Below are positions 15,601 to 30,006 of a stretch of 64,000 nucleotides of DNA, piece by piece (position 1 is the first letter of the stretch; each line of letters begins with the position of its first letter). The stretch is from the human T2T-CHM13v2.0 reference genome, Homo sapiens: assembly GCF_009914755.1 (NCBI RefSeq), contig NC_060933.1; one strand, given 5' to 3'. The notes under the pieces are model-generated. The model had not been told where the DNA came from. It saw only the letters and a list, made by a program, of their open reading frames with translations, and made no database searches. A program made the translations under genes and the position numbers.

Positions 15601-17780
15601 ATTCCATTCCATTACATTGCATTCCATTCCACTCGGGTTGATAGCATTCCATTCCGTTCCAATCCAAGACATTCCATTCCATTCCATTCTATTCCATTCC
15701 ACATGCCTTGAATCCATTCCATTCCATTATAATCCATTCGATTCCTTCCATTCCATTCCATTCCATTCTAATCCATTCCATTCTATTCCATTCTACTGTG
15801 GTTGATTCCATCCCCTTCCACTCCATTGCATTCCATTCCATTCCATTTCATTCTATTTCATTCAAATACATTCCATTCCATTCCACTCGGGTGGATTCCA
15901 TTCCATTCCATTGCATTCTAATCCACTCCATTCCATTCCATTCCTTTCCATTCCATTCCTCTCAGGTTGATACCATTCCATTCCATTCCATTCCCTTCCA
16001 TTCCTCTCGTGTTGATTCCATTGCATTCCATTCCTTTCCATTCCTTTCCATTCCATTCCATTCCACTCGTGTTGATTCCTTTCCATTCCATTCCATTCCA
16101 TTCCATTCCATTCCATTCCACTCGGGTTGATTGCATTCCATTCCATTCCTTTTGATTCCATTCCATTCCACTCGTGTTTACTCCATTCCACTCCACTCCA
16201 TTCCATTCCACTCGGATTTATTCAGTTTCATTGCATTCCATTCCATTCCATTCCACTCTGGTTGATTCCATTCCATTCCTTTCCCTTCCATTCCATTCCA
16301 TTCCATTCCATTCCATTCCGTTCCATTCCATTCCAAGCGTGTTGATTCCATTCTTTTCCTTTCCCATCCATTCCATTCCATTGCATTCCACTCGGGTTGA
16401 TTCCATTCCATTCCATTCCATTCCACTCGGTTGATTACAACCTATTCCATTTCATTCCATTCCTTTTGTTTCCATTCCTTTCCACTAGTGTTGATTCCAT
16501 TCCATTCCATTCCATTTCACTCGCGTTGATTCCATCCTTTTCCACTCCATTCAAATCCATTCTTTGCCATTACTTTCCATTCCATTCCATTCCGTTGTAT
16601 TGCATTCCATTCCATTCCATTCCATTAACCTCGGGTTGAGTCCCTTTCATTCCATTCCATTCCATTCCATTCCATTTCATTGCATTCCATTCCATTACAG
16701 TTGGGTTCACTCCATTCCATTCCTTTCCATTCCATTCCATTCCATACCATTCCTTTCCATTCCACTCGGGTTGACTCCATTCCATTACATTCCTTTCCAT
16801 TCCATTCCATTCCTTTCCTTTCCACTTGGGTTGATTCCGTTCCATTCCATTCCATTCCATTCCATTCCATTCCATTCCATTCCATTCCATTCCATTCCAT
16901 TTTGGTTGGTAATATCTCATTCCATTCCATTCCTTTTGATTCCATTCCATTCCACTCGTGTTGATTCCATTCCATTCCTTTCCATTCCATTCAACGCCGA
17001 TTGATTCCATTCCATTCCATTCCATTCCACCCCTTCCATTCCATTCCGTTATATTCCACTAGGGGTGATTCCAATCCATTCCATTCCATTCCATTCCTTT
17101 CCGTTCCATTCCATTCCGATCCATTCCATTCCAAGCGTGTTGATTCCATTCCATTTCTTTCCATTCCATTCCTTTCCATTCCATTATACTCGTGTTGATT
17201 CCTTCCCATTCCATTCCATTCCATTTCATTCCATTCCAGTCGTGTTGATTCCATTCCGTTCCATTCCATTCCATTCCACTCGGATGGATTCCATTCCATT
17301 CCTTTCCATTCCATTCCTTTCCAATCCATACCATTCTTTCCATTCCCTTCCATTCAATTCCATTCCATTCCACTCGTGTTGATACCAATTCATTCCATTC
17401 CATTCCATTCCATTCCACTCCTGTTGATTCCAATCCATTCCATGCCATTCCATTCCATTCCATTCCATTCCATTCCATTCCATTCCATTCCATTCCGTTC
17501 CATTCCATTCCATTCCCCACGTGTTGATTCCCATCCATTCAGTTCTATTCCGTCTCATTCCTTTCCTTTACATTCATGTTGTCGCCATTCCATTCCATTA
17601 CATTCCAATCAATTCCATTCCATTCCTTTCCAGTAGCGTTGTTTCCATTCCATTCCATTCCATTCCATTCCATGCTTTCCACTCGATTTGACTCCAATGT
17701 ATTCCATTCCATTCCTTTCAATTCCTTTCCATTTCATTCCAATCGTGTTGATTCCTATCCATTCCATTCCATTCCATTCC

Positions 17781-17960
17781 ACTCGCGTTGATTAGATTCC
17801 ATGGAATTCCTTTTCACTCCTTCCCATTTCATTCCAATCCATTCCATTCCATTCCATTCCACTCGCGTTGATTAGATTCCATTTAATTCCTTTTCACTCC
17901 ATCCCATTTCATTCCATTCCATTCCATTCCACTGGTGTTGATTAGATTCCATGGAATTCC
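17781..17960 (+). repeat. Three-copy 70-80-bp local repeat in HSat3 with GTTGATTAGATTCCAT core
   Basis: ACTCGCGTTGATTAGATTCCAT at 17781 and 17861; ACTGGTGTTGATTAGATTCCAT at 17931. Confidence 0.85.
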
Positions 17961-19946
17961 ATTTCACTGCATTCCATTCCATTCCATTCCAGTCGGGATG
18001 ATTCCATTCCTTTCCATTCCATTAAATTCTGGTTGAGTCCATTTCATTCCATTCCATTCCATTCCATTCTATTCCATTCCCTTCCATTCCACTAGGGTTG
18101 ACTCCTTTCCATTGCATTCCTTTCCATTCCATTCCATTCCATTCCATTCCATTCCATTCCATTCCATTCCACTCGGGTTGATTCCATTCCATTGCATTCC
18201 GTTCCATTCCGTTCCATTCCATTCCGTTCCACTCGGGTTGATTCCTTTACATTCCTTTCCATTCCATTTCATTCCATTGCATTCCGTTCCCTTCCATTCC
18301 AAGGGAGTTGATTCCCTTCCATTCCTTTCTAATCCATTCCATTCCATTCCATTCCATTCCATTCCATTCCATTCCATTCCATTCCATTCCATTCAACTCG
18401 GGTTGTTTCCATTCCATTCCATTCCATTCCATTCCATTCCATTCCATTCCACTCGGGTTGATTCCGTCCCAATCCTTTCCATTTCATTCGTTTTGATTCC
18501 ATTCCATTCCACTAGTGCTGATACCCTCCCATTCCACTCCATTCCATTCCATTCCTTTCTATTCCATTCCATTCCATTCCCTTCCACTCTGGTTGATTCC
18601 ATCCTATAGCACTCCATTCCATTCCGTTCCATTCCATTCTATTCCATTCCATTCCATTCCATTCCATTCCATTCCATTCCATTCCATTCCATTCTATTCC
18701 CTTCCATTCTATTCAATTCCATTTCATTCCATTCTATTCCATTCCATTCCACTCGGGTGGATTCTGCTCCATTCCATTCTATTCCATTCCATTATATTAC
18801 ATTACATTACATTACATTACATTCCCCTCAGGTTGATTCCATTCCATTCCTTTCCATTCCTTTCCATTCCATTCCATTCCATTCCATTCCACTCAGGTTG
18901 ATTTCATCCCATTCCACTCCATTCCATTCCATTCCATTCCATTCCATTCATTTCGATTGCGTTCCATTTCATTACTTTCCATTGCATTCCATTCCACTCG
19001 TGTGGATTCCATTCCAATCAATTCCATTCCATTCCATTCCATTCCATTCCTTTCCATTCCATTGCTTTCCATTCCATTAAATTCGGGTTGATTCCATTTC
19101 ATTCCATTCCATTCCGTTCAATTCCATTATATTCCCTTCCATTCCATTCCATTCCATTCTATTCCATTCCATTCCATTCTACTCGGGTTGATTCCTTTCC
19201 TTTCCAGTCCTTCCCATTCCATTCCATTCCATTCTGTTCCATTCCATTCCATTCCACTCGGGTTGATTCCTTTCCATTCCTTTCCATTCCTTTCCATTCC
19301 ATTCCATTCCATTCCATTCCATTCCTTTCCATTCCATTCCACTCGCGTTGATTCCATTGCATTCCATTCTATTCCATTCCATTTCCTTCCATTCGGGTTG
19401 ATTCCATCCCATTCCACTCCATTCCATTCCATTACATTCCTTTCCATTCCATTCCATTTCATTCCATTCCATTCCATTCCATTCCATTCCATTCCATTCC
19501 ATTCCACTCGGGTTGATTGCTTTCCATTCCATTCCAATCCATTCCATACCATTCCATTCCATTCAATTCCATTCCATTTGTGTTGATTCCATCCCATTCC
19601 ACTCCATTGCATTCCATTCCATTCCAATCGATGCCATTCCTTTTCATTCCATTCCATTCCATTCCATTCCATTCCACTTTGGTGTATTCCATTCTATTCC
19701 ATTCCATTCCATTCCATTCCATTCCTTTCCATTCTATTGCATTCCATTCCATTCCATTCCATTCCATTCCATTAAACTCGGGATGAGTCGTTTTCATTCC
19801 ATTCCATTCCCTTGCATTCCAATCCATTCCATTCCATTCCATTCCATTCCATTCCATTCCAGTCCATTCCATTCCATTTCATTCCATTCCATTCCATGTG
19901 CGTTGATCCCATTCCATTCCTTTCCATTCCATTCCATGTGCGTTGA

Positions 19947-20292
<346 letters not shown>

Positions 20293-23200
20293 TATCACCT
20301 AGGTGATCAGTGCAGTGATATGTCACACAAATTCCTATAGACAGAGCCTAGAAAGCGTTACATCACCTGGGTGATCAGTGCAGATATCTGACACAATGAC
20401 CCAATATACAGTGCCTATACAAGACTTCCATCACCTGGGTGATCAGTGAGGAGGTATATCACAAATCCCCCTCTAGGCAGAGAATAGAGAAGACTCCCAT
20501 CACCTGGGTGATCAGTGCAGAGATATTTCACAATGCCCCCTACAGGCAGAGAGTTGATAAGAGTTACATAACCTAGGTGATCTGTACAGAGCTTTATCAA
20601 AGCGCCTCTGTAGGCAGAGCCTACATAAATGTTACATCACCTGGGTGATCAGTGCAGAGATATGTCAAAATACACCCTGTAGGTAGAGCCTAGACAAGAG
20701 TTACTTCACCTGGGTGATCAGTGCAGAGATACGTCACAATAACCCCTGTAGTTGGAGCCTAGACAAGAGTTTCATTAGCTGGGCGATCAGTACAGAAATA
20801 TGTCACAAAGCCCCTGTAAGCACATCCTAGACAAGAGCTGAATCACCTGGGTGATCAGTGCAGAGATATTTCACAATGCCCACTTTGGGCAGAGGGTAGA
20901 AAAGAGTTACATCACCTAGGTTATCAGTGCAGAGATTTGTCAAAATTCCCTTTAGGCAGTTCTTATGAAAGTGTTACTTCACCTAATTGATCAGTGCAGA
21001 GATATGTCACAAAGCTCCTGTAGGAAGAAGTTAGATGAGCTACATCACCTGGGTGATCAGTGCAAATGTATGTAAAAAGCCCACTGTAGGCAAAGCCTAC
21101 ACAATAGTTACATCAATTGGGTGATCAGTGGCGAGATCTCTCACAATTCCCCTGTAGGCAGAGCTTATAAACTGTTACATCACCTGGGTGATCCATGTAG
21201 AGATATGTCACAATGCCCCCATAGGCAGATCCAACACAAGAGTCCGTCACCTGACTGATCAGTTCAGATCTATGTGAGAATCCCCGTGTAGGCAGAGCCT
21301 AGACAAGTGTTACATCACCTAGGTTATCAGTGCAGGTGTAAGTCATAAAGCCTCCTGTAGGCAGAGCGTACACAAGTGTTACCTCCCCAGGGTGATCAGT
21401 GTAGGGATGTGTCACAAAGTCCTGAAGGCCGAGCCCAGATGAGAGTTTCATCACTTTGTTGATCAGTTCAGAGATGTGTCACAAGGTCCAAGATGGCAGA
21501 TATAAGACAAGTGACCATCCCCTGGGTGATCAGTGCAGACATATGTACCAATGTCCCCTGTAGGCAGTGCCTAGACAAGACTTGCATCACCTCAGAGATC
21601 AGTGCATAGATATGTCGCAAAGCCTTCTGTAGGCAAAGCCCCTACAAGGCTTACATCACCCAGGTGATCAGTGCAGTGATATGTCACAAAAATCCTTATA
21701 GACAGAGCCGAGAAAAGATTTACATCACCTGGGTGATCAGTGCAGATGTTTGACACAATGCCCCCGTAGACAGAGCCTAGAGAATTATTCCATCACCTGG
21801 GTGAACAGTGCAAAGATATGTCACAACTCGCCCTCTAGGCAGAGTATAGAGAAGAATCCCATCACCTGGGAGATCAGTGCAGAGATATTTCCCAATGCCC
21901 CCTGTAGGCAGAGAGTGGACAAGGGTTAAATAACCTACGTGTTCTGTGCAGAGCTATGTCAAAACGCCCCTGTAGGCAGAGCCCAGATAAATGTTACATC
22001 ACCTGGGTGATCAGTGCAGAGATACGTCACAATACCCCCTGTAGGTGGAGCCTAGACAAGAGTTACATCACCTTGGTGATCAGTGAAGAGATACATCACA
22101 ATACCCCCTGTAGGTGGAGCCCAGAGAAAAGTTACATCACCTGGGTGATCAGTAGAGATATATGTCACAAAGCCCCTGTAGGCAGAGCGTAAACAAGAGT
22201 TACATCACCTGGGTGATCAGTGCAGAAATATGTCACAAAGACACTGTAGGCCTCGCCTAAACAAATGTTGTTACAACTCCTGGGTTATCTGTGCAAAGAT
22301 ATGTCACAAAGCCCCCTGTAGACAAATCCCAGAAAATTGTTACTTCACCTAGGTGATCAGTGGAGATATCTGTCACAATTCCCCTTTAGGCGCAGCTTAG
22401 ACAAGCGTTACATCACATGAGTGATCAGTGCAGAGATACGTCACTATGCCCCCATAGGCAGATCCAAGCCAAGAGTCCATCACCTGGGTGATCAGTGCAG
22501 AAGTATGCCACAATGCCGCCAGTAGGCAGATATAGACAAGAGTTACCTCACCTGCGTGATCACAGAGGATATATGTCACAATGCCCCTGTAGGCAGAGCA
22601 TAGTCAAGGGTCCCATCACCTGGGTGATCAGTGCAGGGTTATGTCACAATGCTCCCTTGTGGCAGAGCCTAGACAGGTGTTCCATCACCTGGGTGATCAG
22701 TGCAGACACGTGTCAAAAGCCCCCAGTAACCAGAGCCTAGACAAGGGTTACATCAGCCGTGTGATCAGTGTAGTGACATGTCACAGTGTCCCTGTAGCCA
22801 TATCCTTGACAAAAGTGACATCACCTGGGTGATCAGTGCAGATATATGTCACAATGTCTCCAGTAGGCAGAGCCTAGACAAGAGTTACATCAGCTAGGTG
22901 ATCAGGGCAGACATATGTCACCATGACCCCTGTAAGCTTATCCCAGACAATAGTTACATCACCTCCGTGATCAGTGTAGACATATGTCTCAATGCTCCCT
23001 GTCGGTGAAGCCTATACGAGAGATACATCATCTCGGTGATCAGTGCAGTGATATGTTAAAGTGCCCCTGTAGGTAGATCCTAGACAACAGTTACATCACC
23101 TGGGTGATCTCTGCAGAGATATCTCACAATAACACCTGTAAGCATAGTGTACACAAGAGTTATATCACCTTGGTGCTCAGTGCAGAGATATTTCATAAAT

Positions 23201-26200
23201 CCCACTGTAAGCAAAGCCTAGGCAACTTTTACATAACCTCAGCGATCAGTGCAGAGATATGTCCCAATGTCCCTCTAGGAAGAGCAGAGAAAAGAGTCAC
23301 ATCTGCTGGGTGACCAGTGCAGAGATAAGTCACAATGCCCCCATAGGCGGAGCCTAGAAAAGAGTTACATAACCCGGGTGATCCGTGCAGAGTGATGTCA
23401 CAACGCCTTCTGTAGGCAGACACTAGAAAAGAGTTACATCATCTGGGTGATCAATGCAGAGATATGTCACAATGCCGCCTGTAAGCAGAGCATAGAGAAG
23501 AGTTGCATCACCTGGGTGTTCAGGGCAGAGATATGTCACAATGCCCCCTGTACGCAGACCATAGAGAAGAGTCGCATCACCTGGGTGATCAGTGCAGAGA
23601 TATGTCACAATTTCCCCTGAAGGCAAAGCCTAGGCAAGAGTTACATCACCTTTGTCATCAGTTAAAGCATATGTGAAAACGTCCCTGTAGGCAGAGCCTA
23701 GACAAGAGTTACATCACCTAGTTGATCAGTGCAGAAATATTTCAAAATACCCTCTGTAGGCAGATCCTAGACAAGAGTTGAATCACCTGGGTGTTCAGTG
23801 CAGAGATATTTCACAATGTCCCCTTTGGGCAGAGGGTAGACAAGAGTTACATCACCTAGGTGATCTGTGTAGAGATTTGTCAAAATTCCCTGTAGGCAAT
23901 GCTTATAAAAGTGTTACGTCACCTAAGTGATCAGTGCAGAGATATGTCACAAAGCTCCTATCGGCAGAACTTAGATGAGTTACATCATCTGTGTGATCAG
24001 TGCAAAGGTATGTCACAAAACCCCCGGAAGGCAAAGCCTAGACAATAGTTACATCACTTGGATGATCAGTGGCGACATCTCAATTCCCCTTTAGGCAGAG
24101 CTTATACAACTGTTACATCACCTGGGTTATCAGTGCAGAGATATTTCGCAATGCCCCCATAGGCAGATCGAAGACAAGAGTCCGTCACCTGGGTAATCAG
24201 TGCAGAAATATGTCACAATGTCCCCTTAGGCAGAGCCTAGAAAAAAGCCCCATCACCTGGATGATCAGTGCAGAGTTATCTCACAAAGTCCCTTTGGGCA
24301 GATCCTAGAAAAGTGTTACATCACTTGGATGATCAGTGCAGAGATATGTCACAATGCCACTGTAGGCAGAGCCTAGAGAAGTGTTACATGACCTAGGTGA
24401 TCAGTGCAGAGTTACATCGCAAAGTCCCTTTAGGCAGAGCCTTGACAAGTTGTACATCACCTGGGTGATCATTGCAGGGATGTGTAACAAAGCACCCTGT
24501 AGGCAGATCCTAGAAAAGAGTTACATCACCTGGATGATCAGTGCAGAGATATGTCACAATGCCACTGTAGGCAGAGCCTAGAGAAGTGTTACATGACCTA
24601 GGTGATCAGTGCAGAGATACATCACAATTCTCCTGTAGGCAGAGTCTTGAAAAGTGGTATATCACGTGGGTGATCATTGCACGGATATGTCACAAAGCAC
24701 CCTGTAGGCAGATCCTAGAGAAGATTTATATCACCTGGGTGATCAGTGAAGAGATATGTCACAATGCCGCCTGTAGGCAGAGCATAGAGAAGAGTTGCAT
24801 CACCTGGGTGTTCAGGGCAGAGATATGCCACAATGCCCCCTGTATGCAGAGCATAGAGAAGAGTTGCATGACCTGGGTGATCAGTGCAGAGATATGTCAC
24901 AATTTCCCCTGAAGGCAAAGCCTAGGCAAGAGTTACATCACCTTTGTCATCAGTTAAGGCATATGTGAAAACGCAACTGTAGGCAGAGCCTAGAAAAGAG
25001 TTACATCACCTAGTTGATCGGTGCAGAGATATTTCAGAATACCCCCTTTAGACAGATCCTAGACAAGAGTTGAATCACCTGGGTGATCAGTGAAGAGATA
25101 TTTCACAATGCCCCCATTGGGCAGAAGGTAGACAAGAGTTACATCACCTTGGTGCAACAGTTACAACACCTAGGTACACCTAGGTGTAAACAGTGCAGAG
25201 TTTTGTCAAAATTCGCTGTAGGCAGTGCTTATAAAAGCGTTACATCACCTAAGTGATCAGTGCAGAGATATGTCACAAAGCTCCTGTAGGCAGAACTTAG
25301 ATGAGTTACATCACTTGGGTGATCAGTGCAAAGCTATGTCACAAAGCCCCCTGTATGCAAAGCCTAGACAATATTTACATCACTGACTTGGGTGACCTGT
25401 GGCGAGATCTCTCACAATTCCCCTGTAGGCAGAGCTTATACAACAGTTACATCACCTGGGTGATCAGTGCAGAGATATGTCACACTGCCCCCATAGGCAG
25501 ATCCAAGAGAAGAGTCCGTCACACCGGTGATCAGTGCAGAAATATGTCACAATGCCCCCTTAGGCAGAGCCTAGAGCAAAGACCCAACACCTGGATGATC
25601 AGTGCAGAGTTATGTCACAAAGTCCCTTTAGGCAGATCCTAGACAAGATTTACATCACTTGGATAATCAGTGCAGAGATATGTCACAAATCCACTGTACG
25701 CAGAGTCTAGAAAAGTGTTACATGACCTAGGTGATCAGTGCAGAGATACATCGCAATGTCCCTGTAGGCAGAGCCTTGACAACTGGTACATCAGCTGGGT
25801 GATCATTGCAGTGATAGGTCACAAAGTACCCTGTAGGCAGATCCTAGAGAACAGTTACATCACCTGGCTTATCAGTGTAGAGATATGTCACAATGGCACT
25901 GTAGGTAGAGCCTAGACAGGAGTTTCATGACCTAGGTGATCAGTGCAGAGATACAACGCAATGTCCCTGTAGGCAGAGCCTTGAAAAGTGGTAAATCACC
26001 TGGGTGATCATTGCAGGGATATGTCTCAAAACACCCTTTAGGCAGATCCTAGAAAAGAGTGACATCGCCTGGGTGATCAGTGCAGAGACTTGTGCAAATA
26101 CCCTGTAGGCAGTGCTTATAAAAGTGATACAACACCCAGGTGATCAGTGCAGAGATATGTCACCAAGCTCTTGTAGGCAGAAGTTAGAGGAGTTACATCA

Positions 26201-27725
26201 CCTGCGTGATCAGTGCAAATTTATGTCACAAAGTCCCTGTAGGCAAAGCCTAGACAATAGTTACATCACTTGGGTGTTCAGTGGCGAGATCTCTCACAAT
26301 TCCCCTGTAGGCAGAACTTATACAACAGTTACATCACCTGGGTGATCAGTGCAGAGATATTTCACAATGCCACTGTAGGCAGAGCCTAGACAAGAGTTAC
26401 ATGACCTAGCTGATCAGTGCAGAGATACATCGCAATGTCCCTGTAGGCAGAGCCTTGAGAAGTGGTAAATCACCTGAGTGATCATTGCAGGGATATCTTA
26501 CAAAGCACCCTGTAGGCAGATCCTAGAGAAGAGTTATATCACCTGAGTGATCAGTGCAGAGATATGTCACAAGCCCCCTGTAGGCAGAGCCTAGACAAGA
26601 GTTATATCACCTGGGTTATCAGTGCAGTGATATATCACGATGCCGTGTGGCCAGAGCCTAGAATAAATTTACAGCCCCTGGGAGATCAGTGCAGAAATAT
26701 GTCACAATATCCCCAGTAGGCAGAGACCAGGCTAGAGTTGGATCACCTCGGGATCAGTGCAGAGACATGTCTCAATCCCCCTGTGGGCACATCATAGACA
26801 AGTGTTACATCACCTCGGTTAACAGTGCAGAGATATGTGAAATTGCCCCTGTAGGCAGAGCCTACACAAGTGTTACACCACTTAGGTGATCAGTGCAGAG
26901 ATATGTCACAATACCCCCTGTAAGCAGTGCCTAGACAACAGTTACATCACCTGGGTGATCACTGCAGAGATATGTGACAAGTGCCCTTTAATCAGAGCCT
27001 AGACAATTGTTACATCACCTAAGTGATCAGTGCAGAGATCTGTCACAGAGCCCCTTTAGGCAGAGCTTAGAACAGTGTTACATCACCTGGGTGATCAGTG
27101 CAGAGATATGTCACAATGTGCCCATAAGCAAATCCAAGACAAGAGTCCGTCACCTGGGTGATCAGTGCAGAAATATGTCACAATGCCCACAGTAGGCAGA
27201 GCCTGGAGAAGAGTCCCATCACCTGGGTGATCAGTGCAGAGATATTTCACAATGCCCCCACCGGCAGAGCATAAGTAAGAGTTACATCACCTAGATGATC
27301 ATTGCAGAGATATGTCAAAAGGCCCCCTATAGGCAGAGCCTGGACAAGAGTTACGTCACCTCGGTGATCAAAGCAGTGGTATGTCAATATGCCCCGTAGG
27401 CAGAGCCTAGTCAAGCATTACATCACCTGGGTGATCAGTGCAGAGATATATCACAAAGCCCCCATACACAGAGCCTAGACAAGAGTCCCATCACCTGGGT
27501 GATCAGTGCAGAAATATGTCAAAATGCCCCCATTGGCAGATCCAACACAAGAGTTACATCACCTGGGTGATCAGTGTATAGATATGTCACAATGCCCCCA
27601 TAGGCAGAGCCTAGACAAGAGTCCCATCACCTGGGTGATCAGTGCAGAGATCTGTCACAAAGCCCCGGTAGGCAGAGCCTAGACAAGCGTTACATCACTT
27701 TGTTGATCAGTTCGGAGATGTGTCA
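20293..27725 (+). repeat. Beta satellite (68-bp Sau3A family), proximal diverged block, about 109 monomers by length
   Basis: Tandem ~68-bp monomers near GATCAGTGCAGAGATATGTCACAATGCCCCTGTAGGCAGAGCCTAGACAAGAGTTACATCACCTGGGT with a GATC site in most monomers. Repeated segments are less similar to one another than in the distal array. Confidence 0.96.
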
Positions 27726-28310
27726 TACTGACTGTTTGCTCCCGGAGCTCTGCGGGCACCCTGAACCATGCAGGGAAGGGTGGAAGACCGGCGTGGTGCC
27801 TTTGCTGTCCTTGCCAGTTTCCAAACCGTCCACATTGCAGACTCCCCATGTTGCCGCACACGGGAATCCTTCAGGCCATCACACCGGGGAGGCATATTCT
27901 CTCTGGGGTCTCGCTATGGTCTCCTCCGTGGAAGTGAACGAGAGCCACACGCCTGCCTGTGTGAGATTGTCCCGCCAGCGGCAACACCCACAGGCACTGC
28001 CTCCTTCACGGAGAGAGGGCCTGGAGCACTCAAGACTCCCACGGAAGTTCAGTTCCGCACTCCCCTCCAACCTCCCAGGCCGGCTTCTCCCTGCTGAAGA
28101 AGCATGGCAGCCCAGAGAGCTGCTTCCAGTTCCCGCGGGATTCCTGGAGAGGTCCGGAGAGCCAGTCCCAGAAACGCGACACCCTCACCCCTTCCCCCTC
28201 GCCCTCTTCCTCTTCATGTCTTTTACCCCACCACCGCCATCACCACGTCCTCACCCCCACCTCACCACCACCCAGCTGCAGGCCTCGACACACTGGGACA
28301 CTTCCAGGGT

Positions 28311-28381
28311 GGGGCGGGCTGTCCCTGTGCTCACCGCCATTCTTGAAGTGGTGGAGCCTGCCTGCCAGCGGGCCTTTATAA
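28311..28381 (+). promoter_or_regulatory. DUX-type promoter remnant: GC box, D4Z4-binding-element (DBE)-like 27-mer, TATAA box
   Basis: GGGCGG at 28312-28317, CCATTCTTGAAGTGGTGGAGCCTGCCT at 28337-28363 (two differences from the recalled DBE CCATTCATGAAGGGGTGGAGCCTGCCT) and TATAA at 28377-28381, 136 nt before the ATG. Activity is not shown. Confidence 0.75.
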
Positions 28382-28391
28382 GAGCCGCTAG

Positions 28392-29786
<1,395 letters not shown>

Positions 29787-29925
29787 GACACGGGGTTGGG
29801 ACGGGGTCAGGTCGGGGCAGGGCGGTGGCCTCTCTTTCGTGGAGAACACCTTGCTGGCTATGGAGGGGCGTTTTTTCCCCTAACCCCTCCACCGGGCTGA
29901 CCCACCTGGGATTCCTGCCTTCTAG

Positions 29926-30006
29926 GTCTAGGCCAGGGAGAGACTCCACACAGTGGAGAACTGCCATTCTTTCCTGGGCATCCCGTAGATCACAGAGCCG
30001 GCCCAG
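29926..30006 (+). other. DUX4 non-coding exon-2-like segment; donor at the KpnI position mutated
   Basis: Acceptor-like CCTGCCTTCTAG|GTCTAGGCC at 29925/29926. The end reads GGCCCAG|TTACC where recalled D4Z4 has GGCCCAG|GTACC. CAGCAG|GTGGGC remains 10 nt downstream. Confidence 0.65.

Noticed and set aside
22-19872. Hundreds of MEWNG/FHSIP-repeat ORFs up to 243 aa
   Set aside because: Pure (CATTC)n has no stop codon in any frame and supplies ATG on the minus strand, so these are translation artefacts.
26662-26667. AATAAA in the old beta block
   Set aside because: Single chance variant 6.4 kb downstream of a promoterless fragment and upstream of the full-length pseudogene; no transcript to assign it to.
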